Assembly: GCA_038215615.1 (NCBI GenBank)
Contig: JBBQQR010000016.1
Coordinates: 1 to 46,674 of the forward strand
Source: Vulcanimicrobiales bacterium
Lineage (GTDB): Bacteria > Vulcanimicrobiota > Vulcanimicrobiia > Vulcanimicrobiales > Vulcanimicrobiaceae
DNA: 46,674 nucleotides
Direction: 5' to 3'
This document shows positions 17,943 through 28,734 of this stretch, one piece after another (within the stretch, counting starts at the first letter, position 1; every line of letters starts with the position of its first letter). Both the position numbers and the translations under genes were made by a program. Under the pieces are notes generated by a model. It was not told the DNA's origin and made no database searches. It was given only the letters and a program-made list of their open reading frames with translations.

Positions 17943-18685
17943 TCGCGCTGCTTGGGTCGGTCGTCCTCGCCGCCGCGACGGCGGCGCCGCCGCCCACGAT
18001 TATTCGCGAGCGGGTTAGCCCGGTGTGTAGCACGTTGCACCAGCTGGTGATTCCACTCGCGCAAATGAACATCAAAGACAAGCCCGTCATTGACGCCATT
18101 CGTGGAGCGCGAATTCAGCTCGATAAGTATCGCGGCACGGTTCTGGGCGACGGCCTCTTCCTTTACAACTCCCGGATCGACATGCTCTACATGAAAGTAC
18201 TCGCGAATATCACCGAGATGGATCAGTATCTCATTAAGTCATATCACGCGTATCCGCAAGGAACCAACGGCAAGGTCGACGCGTTGCGGCAGCGCGTGCA
18301 GAATGTCATGGATCTGGAACGGCTGATGGTCAATGTAAACGTTGCGGCTTACGCGGCTGCGGTTGACAACGACGGAATGACGGGCATCGAGAGTAGTCTG
18401 AACCAAATGGTCGGAGCACGTTTCGATCAATCCGGTCGACCGATTCCACCGCCGGGGGAGTCCGTGCCGGTTCCACCGGTTCCCAGCATTCCCGATGTCG
18501 ATCCATCGATGCCCGCTTCTATTGCGGAGAACGATCCAAGGCTCGCGAGCTCGGCTCCGCCCGCCTTTGCGATGCGCTCCCTAAAGTGGACGCACTTGGA
18601 TGAGATGCAATCGCTGATGCATCGCGCAGGGCCGGCGCTCGAAGCGCAAGCGCTGATCGCCGCGCACGATTGCGATGGAGTCTGA
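17939..18685 (+). CDS. Secreted hypothetical protein (paralogue A)
   Basis: Signal-like N-terminus; GTGA overlap with meaB; clear similarity to the downstream ORF. Confidence 0.8.
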   Translation: MIALLGSVVLAAATAAPPPTIIRERVSPVCSTLHQLVIPLAQMNIKDKPVIDAIRGARIQLDKYRGTVLGDGLFLYNSRIDMLYMKVLANITEMDQYLIKSYHAYPQGTNGKVDALRQRVQNVMDLERLMVNVNVAAYAAAVDNDGMTGIESSLNQMVGARFDQSGRPIPPPGESVPVPPVPSIPDVDPSMPASIAENDPRLASSAPPAFAMRSLKWTHLDEMQSLMHRAGPALEAQALIAAHDCDGV

Positions 18686-18686
18686 C

Positions 18687-19460
18687 ATGATCGCATTCGT
18701 ACTCGCGCTCGCGGTGGCCGCCACTCCATCGCCGAAGCCGTATCCGGTATTCCAGCCGCCGCCGACGATCATTCAAGAACATGTGAGCCCGGTATGCAGC
18801 ACCCTGCATAAGGTCGTGCTTCCGCTGGCACGCATGCAGAGCCAGTACCGCGCGTCGACGACGGCGATCAAACAAGACGAACTGCAGCTGGCAAAATACT
18901 CGAAAACAAAACTGCAGGACGGCGTGCAGCTCTACGCTTCAAAAATCGATCAGGAAAGCACGAACTTGATCGGCGCGATCCATCAGATCGAAGAGCTCTT
19001 ACAGGAGTCTTACGCGATCTATCCGGTCGGCAAAGTTGCCAAAGTGGACGCAATGCGGCAACGCGTGCAGAATATCGTCGATCTGCAACGCGCTACGGCG
19101 GACCGTTACGCCGAGATCTACGGCACGATCGTCGATAACTACGGAACCGACGTATTGCAGACGGTCAGCAACGCTTTCGGCTCGGGCCCCGGAGGGGGCG
19201 CCGGCGGCAGCGCCGCCGCGCCGGGTCTGGACACGATGCCCAACGCCGCTACGCCCGCTCCCGCGCCGCAGTTCAATACGCCGCCGCCCAGCCTGCCCGC
19301 CGATTACGATCCGCGCCTCGCGAGCAAGCCGCCGACCGTCATCAGTGCGCGCGCCTTGAAGTTCGACCGGCTGTCCCAGCTGAATGCGGCCCTGATCAGC
19401 CAAGGCCGAAGCCTCATCCAGCAGGCGTTGCTAGCCGCCCGGGATTGCGACGGCACTTAG
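18687..19460 (+). CDS. Secreted hypothetical protein (paralogue B)
   Basis: Signal-like N-terminus; shares PPPTII..VSPVCSTLH, KVDAxRQRVQN, DPRLAS, AAxDCDG with paralogue A. Confidence 0.8.
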   Translation: MIAFVLALAVAATPSPKPYPVFQPPPTIIQEHVSPVCSTLHKVVLPLARMQSQYRASTTAIKQDELQLAKYSKTKLQDGVQLYASKIDQESTNLIGAIHQIEELLQESYAIYPVGKVAKVDAMRQRVQNIVDLQRATADRYAEIYGTIVDNYGTDVLQTVSNAFGSGPGGGAGGSAAAPGLDTMPNAATPAPAPQFNTPPPSLPADYDPRLASKPPTVISARALKFDRLSQLNAALISQGRSLIQQALLAARDCDGT

Positions 19461-19462
19461 GG

Positions 19463-21171
<1,709 letters not shown>

Positions 21172-21172
<1 letters not shown>

Positions 21173-21300
21173 TGGCAACACTGACGCGAGAACAGCGCGA
21201 CGCCGAAACCGCGACGCTGAAAGAGGTCATGCGCAAGCTGGAAGAAGCGCTGCGCCTCAGCCTCGAGCTCGAACGCCAGGAAACTGCAAAGCATGGCTAG
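21172..21300 (+). CDS. 42-aa helical/coiled-coil small protein
   Basis: MATLTREQRDAETATLKEVMRKLEEALRLSLELERQETAKHG*; TGATG overlap upstream and 8-nt overlap downstream, filling the gap exactly. Confidence 0.72.
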
Positions 21301-21706
21301 GCCGCTGCGCATCGTCATCGCGAAAGCCGGGCTCGACGGGCACGATCGCGGGGCGAAAGTGATCGCACGCGCTTTGCGCGACGCGGGCATGGAAGTCATT
21401 TACACCGGCCTCTTCCAAGCGCCCGAACAGATCGTGCAGACGGCGATCCAAGAAGACGCCGACGGCATCGGTCTTTCGATCCTGAGCGGCGCGCACATGA
21501 CGCTCTTTCCATTGATCGTCGAACAGCTCAAAGCGCAGAAGGCCCAGGACATCGTTTTTTTCGGCGGCGGCACCATTCCGCCCGAAGATGCCGAAGAACT
21601 CAAGCGCATCGGCGTGCGCGAAATATTCACGCCCGGGGCTCCGCTCGCGAACATCATCAATTTCGTTCAGCGTGAATGCGGCAACCGCCGCGAACTCGTC
21701 GGCTGA
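21293..21706 (+). CDS. Acyl-CoA mutase small, cobalamin-binding subunit
   Basis: AKAGLDGHDRG (DxHxxG), SILSGAH, FGGGTIP. Confidence 0.94.
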   Translation: MARPLRIVIAKAGLDGHDRGAKVIARALRDAGMEVIYTGLFQAPEQIVQTAIQEDADGIGLSILSGAHMTLFPLIVEQLKAQKAQDIVFFGGGTIPPEDAEELKRIGVREIFTPGAPLANIINFVQRECGNRRELVG

Positions 21707-23170
21707 GTGACCGTTAGGACGCGTATCGCGCCGTCGCCGACCGGCGACCCGCATGTCGGTACCGCTTACGTCGCGCTGATAAATTACTGCTTCGCCAAGA
21801 AAAACGGCGGCAAGTTCGTGCTGCGCATCGAGGATACCGATCGCGCGCGCAGCACGCGCGAATCGGAGCAGGCGATTCTGGATTCGCTGCACTGGCTGGG
21901 CTTGAGCTGGGACGAGGGGCCGGACACCGGCGGTCCGCACGGACCGTACCGTCAGAGCGAGCGTTCGGAGATCTATCGCGAGCACGTGCAAAAGCTTTTG
22001 GACGGCGGAAACGCGTTCAAGTGCTTCTGCACGCCCGAGCGTCTGGAAGAGATGCGCGCCGCGCAGCGCGCGTCGAAGCTGCCGTCGCGTTACGACGGAC
22101 TCTGCACGAGCTTGAGCGCGGAAGAGGTCGCGAAAAAAGAAGCGGCCGGTATTCCCTACGTCGTGCGGCTCAGCGTGCCGACGGAAGGCGCCTGCATCGT
22201 CAACGACCTGCGCCGCGGACCGATCGAGATCGATTGGGGCAGCGTCGATATGCAAGTTCTGATGAAATCCGACGGTATGCCGACCTACCATCTCGCTAAC
22301 GTCGTCGACGATCATTTGATGGAAATCACGCACGTCTTTCGCGGCGAAGAGTGGCTCTCGTCGGCGCCCAAGCATTTGCTGCTCTATCAGTATTTTGGAT
22401 GGGAGCCGCCGCAGCTGCTGCATCTGCCGCTCTTGCGCAATCCGGACAAGAGCAAGCTCAGCAAACGCAAGAATCCGACGAGCATTTTGTATTACAAAGC
22501 GATGGGCTATCTGTCCGATGCGCTGCTGAACTTCTTGGGTTTGCTTTGCGTCATGCCGCCCGAGGGCGAAGAGATTATGGACCTTCCGATGATGACCGAT
22601 CGCTTTGCGGTGGAACACATCTCTCTGGGCGGTCCGGTCTTCGACGTCACCAAGCTCGATTGGCTCAACGGGCGCTACTTGCGCGAGCGCAACGACCTCG
22701 ACGCGTTCATGAATAAAGCGCACGCCTGGGGATTCGGCCAGGAGAAGCTGCGCCGCATAGCGGCGCTCGCGCAGCCGCGCATCGAACGTCTGAGCGATCT
22801 TGGGCCGCTGCTCGGATTCTTTTTTGCGGGCCGGGTGACCGTGACCGCGGAGCAGTTGCGCTCGCCAAAACTCGATGACGTTTCTTTGCGCAAAGCGCTG
22901 CAGCTGGCGAGCTGGGGTTTTGATGCGCTGACGAGCTGGCAGATCGCGGATATCGAGGGAGTGCTAAAAGACATAGCTGCACGGCTGGACGTGAAACTTC
23001 GCGACGTAACGCGTCCCTTCTACGTCGCGATGACGGGAAGCCCGACGTCGGTGCCGCTGTACGATTCGATCGCCATTCTCGGCCGCGACATCGTGCGCGA
23101 ACGCCTGCGCGTCGCGCTCGAAGTTTTGGGGGGCGTCTCTTCGTCCGAACTCAAAGAATGGGCGAAATGA
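21707..23170 (+). CDS. gltX: Glutamate--tRNA ligase
   Basis: RIAPSPTGDPHVG, LRIEDTD, YRQSER, RGEEW, KLSKRK. Confidence 0.96.
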   Translation: MTVRTRIAPSPTGDPHVGTAYVALINYCFAKKNGGKFVLRIEDTDRARSTRESEQAILDSLHWLGLSWDEGPDTGGPHGPYRQSERSEIYREHVQKLLDGGNAFKCFCTPERLEEMRAAQRASKLPSRYDGLCTSLSAEEVAKKEAAGIPYVVRLSVPTEGACIVNDLRRGPIEIDWGSVDMQVLMKSDGMPTYHLANVVDDHLMEITHVFRGEEWLSSAPKHLLLYQYFGWEPPQLLHLPLLRNPDKSKLSKRKNPTSILYYKAMGYLSDALLNFLGLLCVMPPEGEEIMDLPMMTDRFAVEHISLGGPVFDVTKLDWLNGRYLRERNDLDAFMNKAHAWGFGQEKLRRIAALAQPRIERLSDLGPLLGFFFAGRVTVTAEQLRSPKLDDVSLRKALQLASWGFDALTSWQIADIEGVLKDIAARLDVKLRDVTRPFYVAMTGSPTSVPLYDSIAILGRDIVRERLRVALEVLGGVSSSELKEWAK

Positions 23171-24501
23171 GCGTACGCGCGATCGTGTTGGCCGCGGGCA
23201 AGGGCACGCGTATGAAGAGCGATACGGCAAAGGTCTTGCACGATGTGTGCGGCCGGCCGATGCTGTGGTACGTCCTGCAAGCGCTGCGTGCTGCCGGCGT
23301 CGCGGATATGTACGTCGTGACGAACCCCGAGCTGCAGGCCCGTATTGGTGAATTCGGCGCAACGGGCGTGCTGCAAGAGGAACAGCTCGGTACGGGGCAC
23401 GCCGTGCGTACCGCGCTGGGGGCGATGAAGCCGGACGGATCGGGCCGCGTGCTGATCGCTTGCGGCGACATGCCGCTGGTTACCGCCGAAGTTTTTAGCG
23501 CAGTGCTAGCCGCGGCCGGCCGCGGCGGCACCATGGCTCTCGTTACCGCGCGCGTGCCGCTGCCCTCGAACTTCGGCCGGATCGTTCGCCGCGGCGGGAG
23601 CGTGCAACGGATCGTCGAGACGCGCGACGCGAGCGCGGCCGAATTGGAGATTGACGAAGTCAATGCCGGTATCTACGCGTTTGACGAAGCGACCTTGCGC
23701 GATGCGGTCGTCCGCCTCAACAATGAGAACGCGCAAAAAGAGTTTTATCTCACGGACACCGTCGCTGATTTGGTACGCTCGGGCAAGTCCGTTACGCCGG
23801 TCATTACATCCGATCCCATCCACATTCTCGGAATCAACGACCGCGTGGAGCTCGCGCTAGCGAGAACGGAGATGAACGCGCGTCTGTGCAGAGAGCACAT
23901 GCGTGACGGCGTCACCATCATCGATCCGCGCAGCACGTCGCTGGAACCGGAGCTGAAGATCGGGCGCGACACCGTGATCTATCCGGACTCTTCGATCGGC
24001 CGCTTGTCCGAGATCGGCGAGCGCTGCGCGATCGGTCCGAACTCCCGTCTGTCAAACGCCCGGTTGGGCGACGATGTAACCGTGCGCGAAAGCTCCGTCT
24101 TCGATTCCAGCGCCGGAGATCGTACGAGCATCGGTCCCTACGCACATATCCGCAACGATTCGCGGCTTTCGCAGGATGTTCGCATCGGAAACTTTGTCGA
24201 GGTCAAGAACTCGCGCCTCGCGCGCGGCGTGAAGGCGAGCCATCTTACCTATCTGGGCGACGCGGAGATAGGCGAGGAGACCAACATCGGCGCCGGTACG
24301 ATCACGTGCAACTACGACGGTAAGCGCAAAAACAAGACGGTCATCGGGCGCGACGTCATGATCGGATCGAACACGTCGCTCATCGCCCCGATCACGATCG
24401 GCGACGGCGCCCTGACCGGCGCGGGTTCGGTGGTGACCAAAGACGTTCCGGCGGGGCAACGCGTCGCCGGTAACCCGGCAAAACCCCTGCCGAGCAAATA
24501 A
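23167..24501 (+). CDS. glmU: Bifunctional UDP-GlcNAc pyrophosphorylase / GlcN-1-P acetyltransferase
   Basis: LAAGKGTRMKS, QLGTGHA, GNFVEVK, HLTYLGDA, NIGAGTITCNYDG. Confidence 0.96.
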   Translation: MSVRAIVLAAGKGTRMKSDTAKVLHDVCGRPMLWYVLQALRAAGVADMYVVTNPELQARIGEFGATGVLQEEQLGTGHAVRTALGAMKPDGSGRVLIACGDMPLVTAEVFSAVLAAAGRGGTMALVTARVPLPSNFGRIVRRGGSVQRIVETRDASAAELEIDEVNAGIYAFDEATLRDAVVRLNNENAQKEFYLTDTVADLVRSGKSVTPVITSDPIHILGINDRVELALARTEMNARLCREHMRDGVTIIDPRSTSLEPELKIGRDTVIYPDSSIGRLSEIGERCAIGPNSRLSNARLGDDVTVRESSVFDSSAGDRTSIGPYAHIRNDSRLSQDVRIGNFVEVKNSRLARGVKASHLTYLGDAEIGEETNIGAGTITCNYDGKRKNKTVIGRDVMIGSNTSLIAPITIGDGALTGAGSVVTKDVPAGQRVAGNPAKPLPSK

Positions 24502-24506
24502 AAACA

Positions 24507-24530
24507 GCTTCCCGCCGCAAGCGGCGGAGC
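24507..24530. other. GC-rich hairpin after glmU (possible terminator or 3' stabiliser)
   Basis: GCT-tc-CCGCCGC-aa-GCGGCGG-AGC; no U-tract on the plus strand. Confidence 0.4.
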
Positions 24531-24588
24531 CAAACTCGTTGGCGGTGTGTGCACGGCGAGCGCTTCGACGCGGGCACTTGCCCATCAT

Positions 24589-25614
24589 ATGAAGGTGCCG
24601 TCGCTGCACGGGCGCTGCCGCGAGGCCGCCCGGTCCGAGCGGGCGCTGCTCGAAGCGGTGATCGCGCTTACTGCAGCTTCGCGTCATTCGGCCGGAACGG
24701 TACTGCAGACGCTCGGAGCCGCGCTCGCGGTATTGGATCCGGGGATCGATGCGGTTCTCGTTTTCCGCCCGGACGGCGAAGATCTGGCATGCGTGTTTGC
24801 GGCCGGCGGACGCGCCGAATACTTCTGTGATCTGCGCTTGCGGATGGACGGGAACTCGCTGCCCGCGCGCGCCGCCGCCGCGGGCCATCATGTGATCCTG
24901 GAGCCCGGCTGCAAACCGGTCATTCCCACCGATCGCGCCGCGCTTGCCGTCCCCATGTATGTGGGGAACGCACTGTGCGCCGTGACGTACGCGGCCTCAC
25001 GAGCCTCGATCACCGCACGCGACGCGCTGGTCCGCGCTGCCGCGCACGCCGCGGTGCCGTATGCGGTCGCGCGCGACCGCGAAGCCGATCGCGCGAGCGC
25101 AACCTACGATGCGTTGACGGGGCTCTACACCGCGCGCGCGTTTCGCAACATATTGCAGGAAGAGCTGCGCGCCGCTGCGATCGGGCGCAGCGTCACGCTC
25201 GCCCTGTGGTTCATCGATACCGACGGTTTCAAAGGCGTGAACGATGCGCGCGGGCACGCCGCCGGCGACAGAGTGCTGCAGCGCTTGGGAAGCATTTTAC
25301 GCGAGCATCTGCGCCCCGCGGTAGATTTGGGCGCGCGTAACGGCGGCGACGAATTCTGCGCCGTTCTGCGCGACGAACACAAGAGTGGCGCGGTCGCTCG
25401 CGCGCAAACGTTTTGCGATGCCGTGCGCACCTGCGATTTCGGTGTCGGCCTTCCTGTGACGGCCAGCATAGGCGTAGCCGCATTTCCGTACGACGCTGCG
25501 GCGGCGAGCGAACTTTTCGAAGCTGCCGACGCCGCCATGTATCACAGCAAACGCTCAGGAAGGGACCGCGTAGCGTTTCCGGACGGGCGCGGCAGCTTCA
25601 CGGTGCATTGCTGA
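24589..25614 (+). CDS. Diguanylate cyclase with GAF-like N-terminus
   Basis: DALTGL, DTDGFKGVNDARGHAAGD, RNGGDEF, ADAAMYHSKRSGR. Confidence 0.88.
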   Translation: MKVPSLHGRCREAARSERALLEAVIALTAASRHSAGTVLQTLGAALAVLDPGIDAVLVFRPDGEDLACVFAAGGRAEYFCDLRLRMDGNSLPARAAAAGHHVILEPGCKPVIPTDRAALAVPMYVGNALCAVTYAASRASITARDALVRAAAHAAVPYAVARDREADRASATYDALTGLYTARAFRNILQEELRAAAIGRSVTLALWFIDTDGFKGVNDARGHAAGDRVLQRLGSILREHLRPAVDLGARNGGDEFCAVLRDEHKSGAVARAQTFCDAVRTCDFGVGLPVTASIGVAAFPYDAAAASELFEAADAAMYHSKRSGRDRVAFPDGRGSFTVHC

Positions 25615-25650
25615 AAAGCAAAGGGCGCCGCGAGCGCGAACCCCTTTGGC

Positions 25651-26298
25651 ATGCCGTGCAGACTCGTTTGGATTACGCCCGACGCCGAGCGTTTGATGGG
25701 GTATTGCGCGCGCGTGAGCAATCCCGCCAATCAGGACAACCCCGATATAGCCGGCCTGCTGCGGTATTGCATCAAAAACGGCCACTGGTCGGTCTTCGAA
25801 ATGGCCGATCTCTGCATGGAGATTCAGACCACGCGCGGTATCAGCGCGCAGATCATCCGCCACCGCTCGATGCATTTTCAAGAGTTTAGTCTTCGATATG
25901 CCGAGCTGCAAAAAATCGAACGCGTGAATCCGCGACGACAAGATCCGAAGAACCGTCAATCGTCGCACGAGGATCTGCCGCCCGAAACACTCGACTGGTT
26001 CGAACGGGCGCAGGACGAGCATTTCGAAGAAGCCTACCGTTTATACGAAGAAGCGCTCGCTAAAGGCATCGCTAAGGAGTCGGCGCGCTTTTTATTGCCG
26101 CTGGCCTCGGCGACGACCATTTATATGAAGGGCACCGTTCGGGACTGGATCCACTACATCAATTTGCGCACCGATCCGTCCACGCAATTGGAGCATCGCG
26201 AGATAGCCGAGGAATGCCGGCGGATCTTCGTCGATCAGCTTCCGGTTGTCGCACAAGCACTGGGCTGGGAGCGCACGCCCGCACCCGCGCACTCATGA
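25651..26298 (+). CDS. thyX: FAD-dependent thymidylate synthase
   Basis: HWSVFE, QIIRHRSMHFQEFSLRY, KESARFLLP, TQLEHR. Confidence 0.95.
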   Translation: MPCRLVWITPDAERLMGYCARVSNPANQDNPDIAGLLRYCIKNGHWSVFEMADLCMEIQTTRGISAQIIRHRSMHFQEFSLRYAELQKIERVNPRRQDPKNRQSSHEDLPPETLDWFERAQDEHFEEAYRLYEEALAKGIAKESARFLLPLASATTIYMKGTVRDWIHYINLRTDPSTQLEHREIAEECRRIFVDQLPVVAQALGWERTPAPAHS

Positions 26299-27506
26299 TT
26301 GAACTCGCGCTCGCGCTCGTCGGCGGCCGGCCCAACGCGCTGGACCGCGCGGTCAACGCGATCCCGGCGCACGCGCTCTTGACGCAGTCCCCACTTTCGC
26401 TCGTCGACCCGGCGCGTGCCGCCGCCGCGCAGCATTTCGAACAATTTACTATTCCGGTATGGTTCGTAACCATCGCCTTACAGATCGCCGTATTGGCGTG
26501 GTTTTGGAGCTCGGGACGATCCGCGCGGCTGCGCGATCGGTTGCGCGCGCGGGTCGGATCCGAATTCTGGGTGCGATTTTGTTTCGGCGCGCTGCTTGCG
26601 ATGATCGACCGTGCGGCGGCGTTCATTCCGATGTTTTTCCAGTACCGGATGTCATGGATCATGGGCTTGAGCGACGTGCTTACACGCTACTGGTTCGGCA
26701 GCTGGCTCCTGACGACGATCATCGCCATGGTTGCGGCGGGATTGATAGCCGCTATCGTACTCGGACTGGTCGATCGTACGCACCAGTGGTACGCGTACAC
26801 CACCGCCGGAATTATCGGTCTGACGCTCTTGACGACATATATTCAGCCGTTTGCGCTCGCGCCGGTGTTCTCGACCTACCGCGACTTGCCGGCCGGCGCC
26901 GTGCAGTCCGATCTGCCGGCGCTTCGCGCGCACGCCGGGAACACGACGGTGCCGGTGGTCGAAGAGATCGTTTCGCGGCGAACGCACGCCGGATCTTCGT
27001 ATGTCTTGGGCTGGGGCCGCTCGCAGCGCGTCGTCATATCCGACACGGCGTTGGCGGGCGCAAGCGAACCCGAGCTGCGCTTTACGATCGCCCGATCGTT
27101 CGGGTGGGTTGCGGCTGATAGCGCGCTTCATTTGGCATTGATCCTGGGAGCCATGCTGGTCCTGGGCTCCGCCCTTGCGATCTTCCTTGCCGATAGAATC
27201 GGATTCAGGCGCGACGACGATCCCGTTTCGCGCCTCGCGCTGGTCGGCGCGCTGCTTGGCCTGGTATATCTCGTAGCCCTGCCGTTTTTTAACGGCTACG
27301 AACGGAACCTCGATATGGCGGCCGACCAATACGCTCTCACCGTAACCGGCGATCGCGTTAGCGCGATCCGCGGCGCCGTGCGCGGCGCCGATCAAGCACT
27401 TCAGCCGGTGTGTCCGCAACTCTTGGGATACTGGTACTTCGCGATACGCCCGCCGGCGGGGGAACGCATTCCAAATCTTCAGGGGCGCGCTCCGGCCTGC
27501 CGCTAG
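26295..27506 (+). CDS. M48/Ste24-like multi-TM protein lacking HExxH
   Basis: Ste24-like architecture (RVVISDT..L, ADxYA, PPxxERI); the zinc motif position reads RSFGW. Confidence 0.72.
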   Translation: MIELALALVGGRPNALDRAVNAIPAHALLTQSPLSLVDPARAAAAQHFEQFTIPVWFVTIALQIAVLAWFWSSGRSARLRDRLRARVGSEFWVRFCFGALLAMIDRAAAFIPMFFQYRMSWIMGLSDVLTRYWFGSWLLTTIIAMVAAGLIAAIVLGLVDRTHQWYAYTTAGIIGLTLLTTYIQPFALAPVFSTYRDLPAGAVQSDLPALRAHAGNTTVPVVEEIVSRRTHAGSSYVLGWGRSQRVVISDTALAGASEPELRFTIARSFGWVAADSALHLALILGAMLVLGSALAIFLADRIGFRRDDDPVSRLALVGALLGLVYLVALPFFNGYERNLDMAADQYALTVTGDRVSAIRGAVRGADQALQPVCPQLLGYWYFAIRPPAGERIPNLQGRAPACR

Positions 27507-28072
27507 TCCGGCGTTTCGGGTAACTCCCACGTGTTGGCGTATTGCATCGCGGCTTCGATGCCGCGATCGAACCAACAAGCCACCCCATCGGTCGCCGCCG
27601 ATACGATGCCCGGCAGTGCTGCAGCTTCTTCTGAGTTGAACGGCGCGAGTACGTGATCGATACTGTCGTAATCAGGGCGTCCCACCCCGATGCGCAGCCG
27701 CACGAATTGCTCGCCCATCGTCGCGATGATCGAACGCATACCGTTGTGGCCTCCGTGCCCGCCGAACGCGCGTAGACGCAGTTTGCCAAACGGGATGTCC
27801 ATGTCGTCGTAGACGACCAGCAAACCCTCGGACAGCACTTTGTACCACGACGCGATCAGCCTCACCGGCACGCCGCTGTTGTTCATGAACGTTTGCGGTT
27901 CGACCAGTACCAATCCGCGCGCGGAATCGTAGGCTTGCCGCGCGCCGTCTTTGACTTTCCAGCGATCGATGCCGAGCCGCCGCGCGAATTCGTCGACGAC
28001 CATGAATCCGACGTTGTGGCGGGTCTGCGCGTACTCTTTGCCGGGATTGCCCAGTCCGGCGACGAGTTTTAC
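27503..28072 (-). CDS. pth: Peptidyl-tRNA hydrolase (apparent GTA start)
   Basis: In-frame extension upstream of ATG 28003 gives (V)KLVAGLGNPGKEYAQTRHNVGF; also TFMNNSG, GGHNGMRSI, RLRIGVGRP. Confidence 0.93.
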   Translation of the reverse strand, partial: VKLVAGLGNPGKEYAQTRHNVGFMVVDEFARRLGIDRWKVKDGARQAYDSARGLVLVEPQTFMNNSGVPVRLIASWYKVLSEGLLVVYDDMDIPFGKLRLRAFGGHGGHNGMRSIIATMGEQFVRLRIGVGRPDYDSIDHVLAPFNSEEAAALPGIVSAATDGVACWFDRGIEAAMQYANTWELPETPD

Positions 28073-28734
28073 TCCGAAGCTCCTTCGGCCGGCGTTTCTT
28101 CGGCGGGTTTGCCGACGATCTCGGGCTCGGCTTGTTCGGTAACTGCGACTGCGGCTTCTTCGAGCAGCTTCTCGGTCTTCGAGGGTTCGACCGCGATAAC
28201 GGTCGCGTCGCCCGGCGTGATCATCTTGAAGCCTTCGGGGAGCTGAATTTCGCCCGCGGTCACGTGCTGATGGATGCCGAGTTCGTTGACGTCGATCTCG
28301 ATACGGTCGGGGAGCTTGTTGGCCGGGCCCTCGACTTCGAGTTCGTGGAGCACGACGTCCATGACGCCGCCGAAGCTGCGGACGCCTTCAGGCGTTCCCA
28401 CGGTAACGACGGGAAGTTTGGCTTGCACTGTTTCGTCGGCGGAGACGCGCTGAAGGTCGACGTGCACGATGCGGCGCGAAACCGGATCGACTTGGACCTC
28501 ACGCATCAGCGCGGTGTCCACGCGCTTGCCGTCCATGGTGAGCGTGATCAGCGACGTGCGCGCGCCGTGATGCAGAATGTCGTCGAGCGCTCGACGCGCG
28601 AAGGCGATCGCCTGCGGATTGGAGCCGTGGCCGTAAAGAATGCCGGGAATTTTCCCGTCCTTGCGGAGCGCCCGCGCCTTGGTCGTGCCGGCGCCGTCGC
28701 GCCGCTCGATGGTGAGATTCAATTGTTGTGCCAT
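28069..28734 (-). CDS. rplY: 50S ribosomal protein L25/Ctc
   Basis: IPGILYGHG, HVDLQRV, GGVM; acidic C-tail; prs-rplY-pth synteny. Confidence 0.94.
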   Translation of the reverse strand: MAQQLNLTIERRDGAGTTKARALRKDGKIPGILYGHGSNPQAIAFARRALDDILHHGARTSLITLTMDGKRVDTALMREVQVDPVSRRIVHVDLQRVSADETVQAKLPVVTVGTPEGVRSFGGVMDVVLHELEVEGPANKLPDRIEIDVNELGIHQHVTAGEIQLPEGFKMITPGDATVIAVEPSKTEKLLEEAAVAVTEQAEPEIVGKPAEETPAEGASE

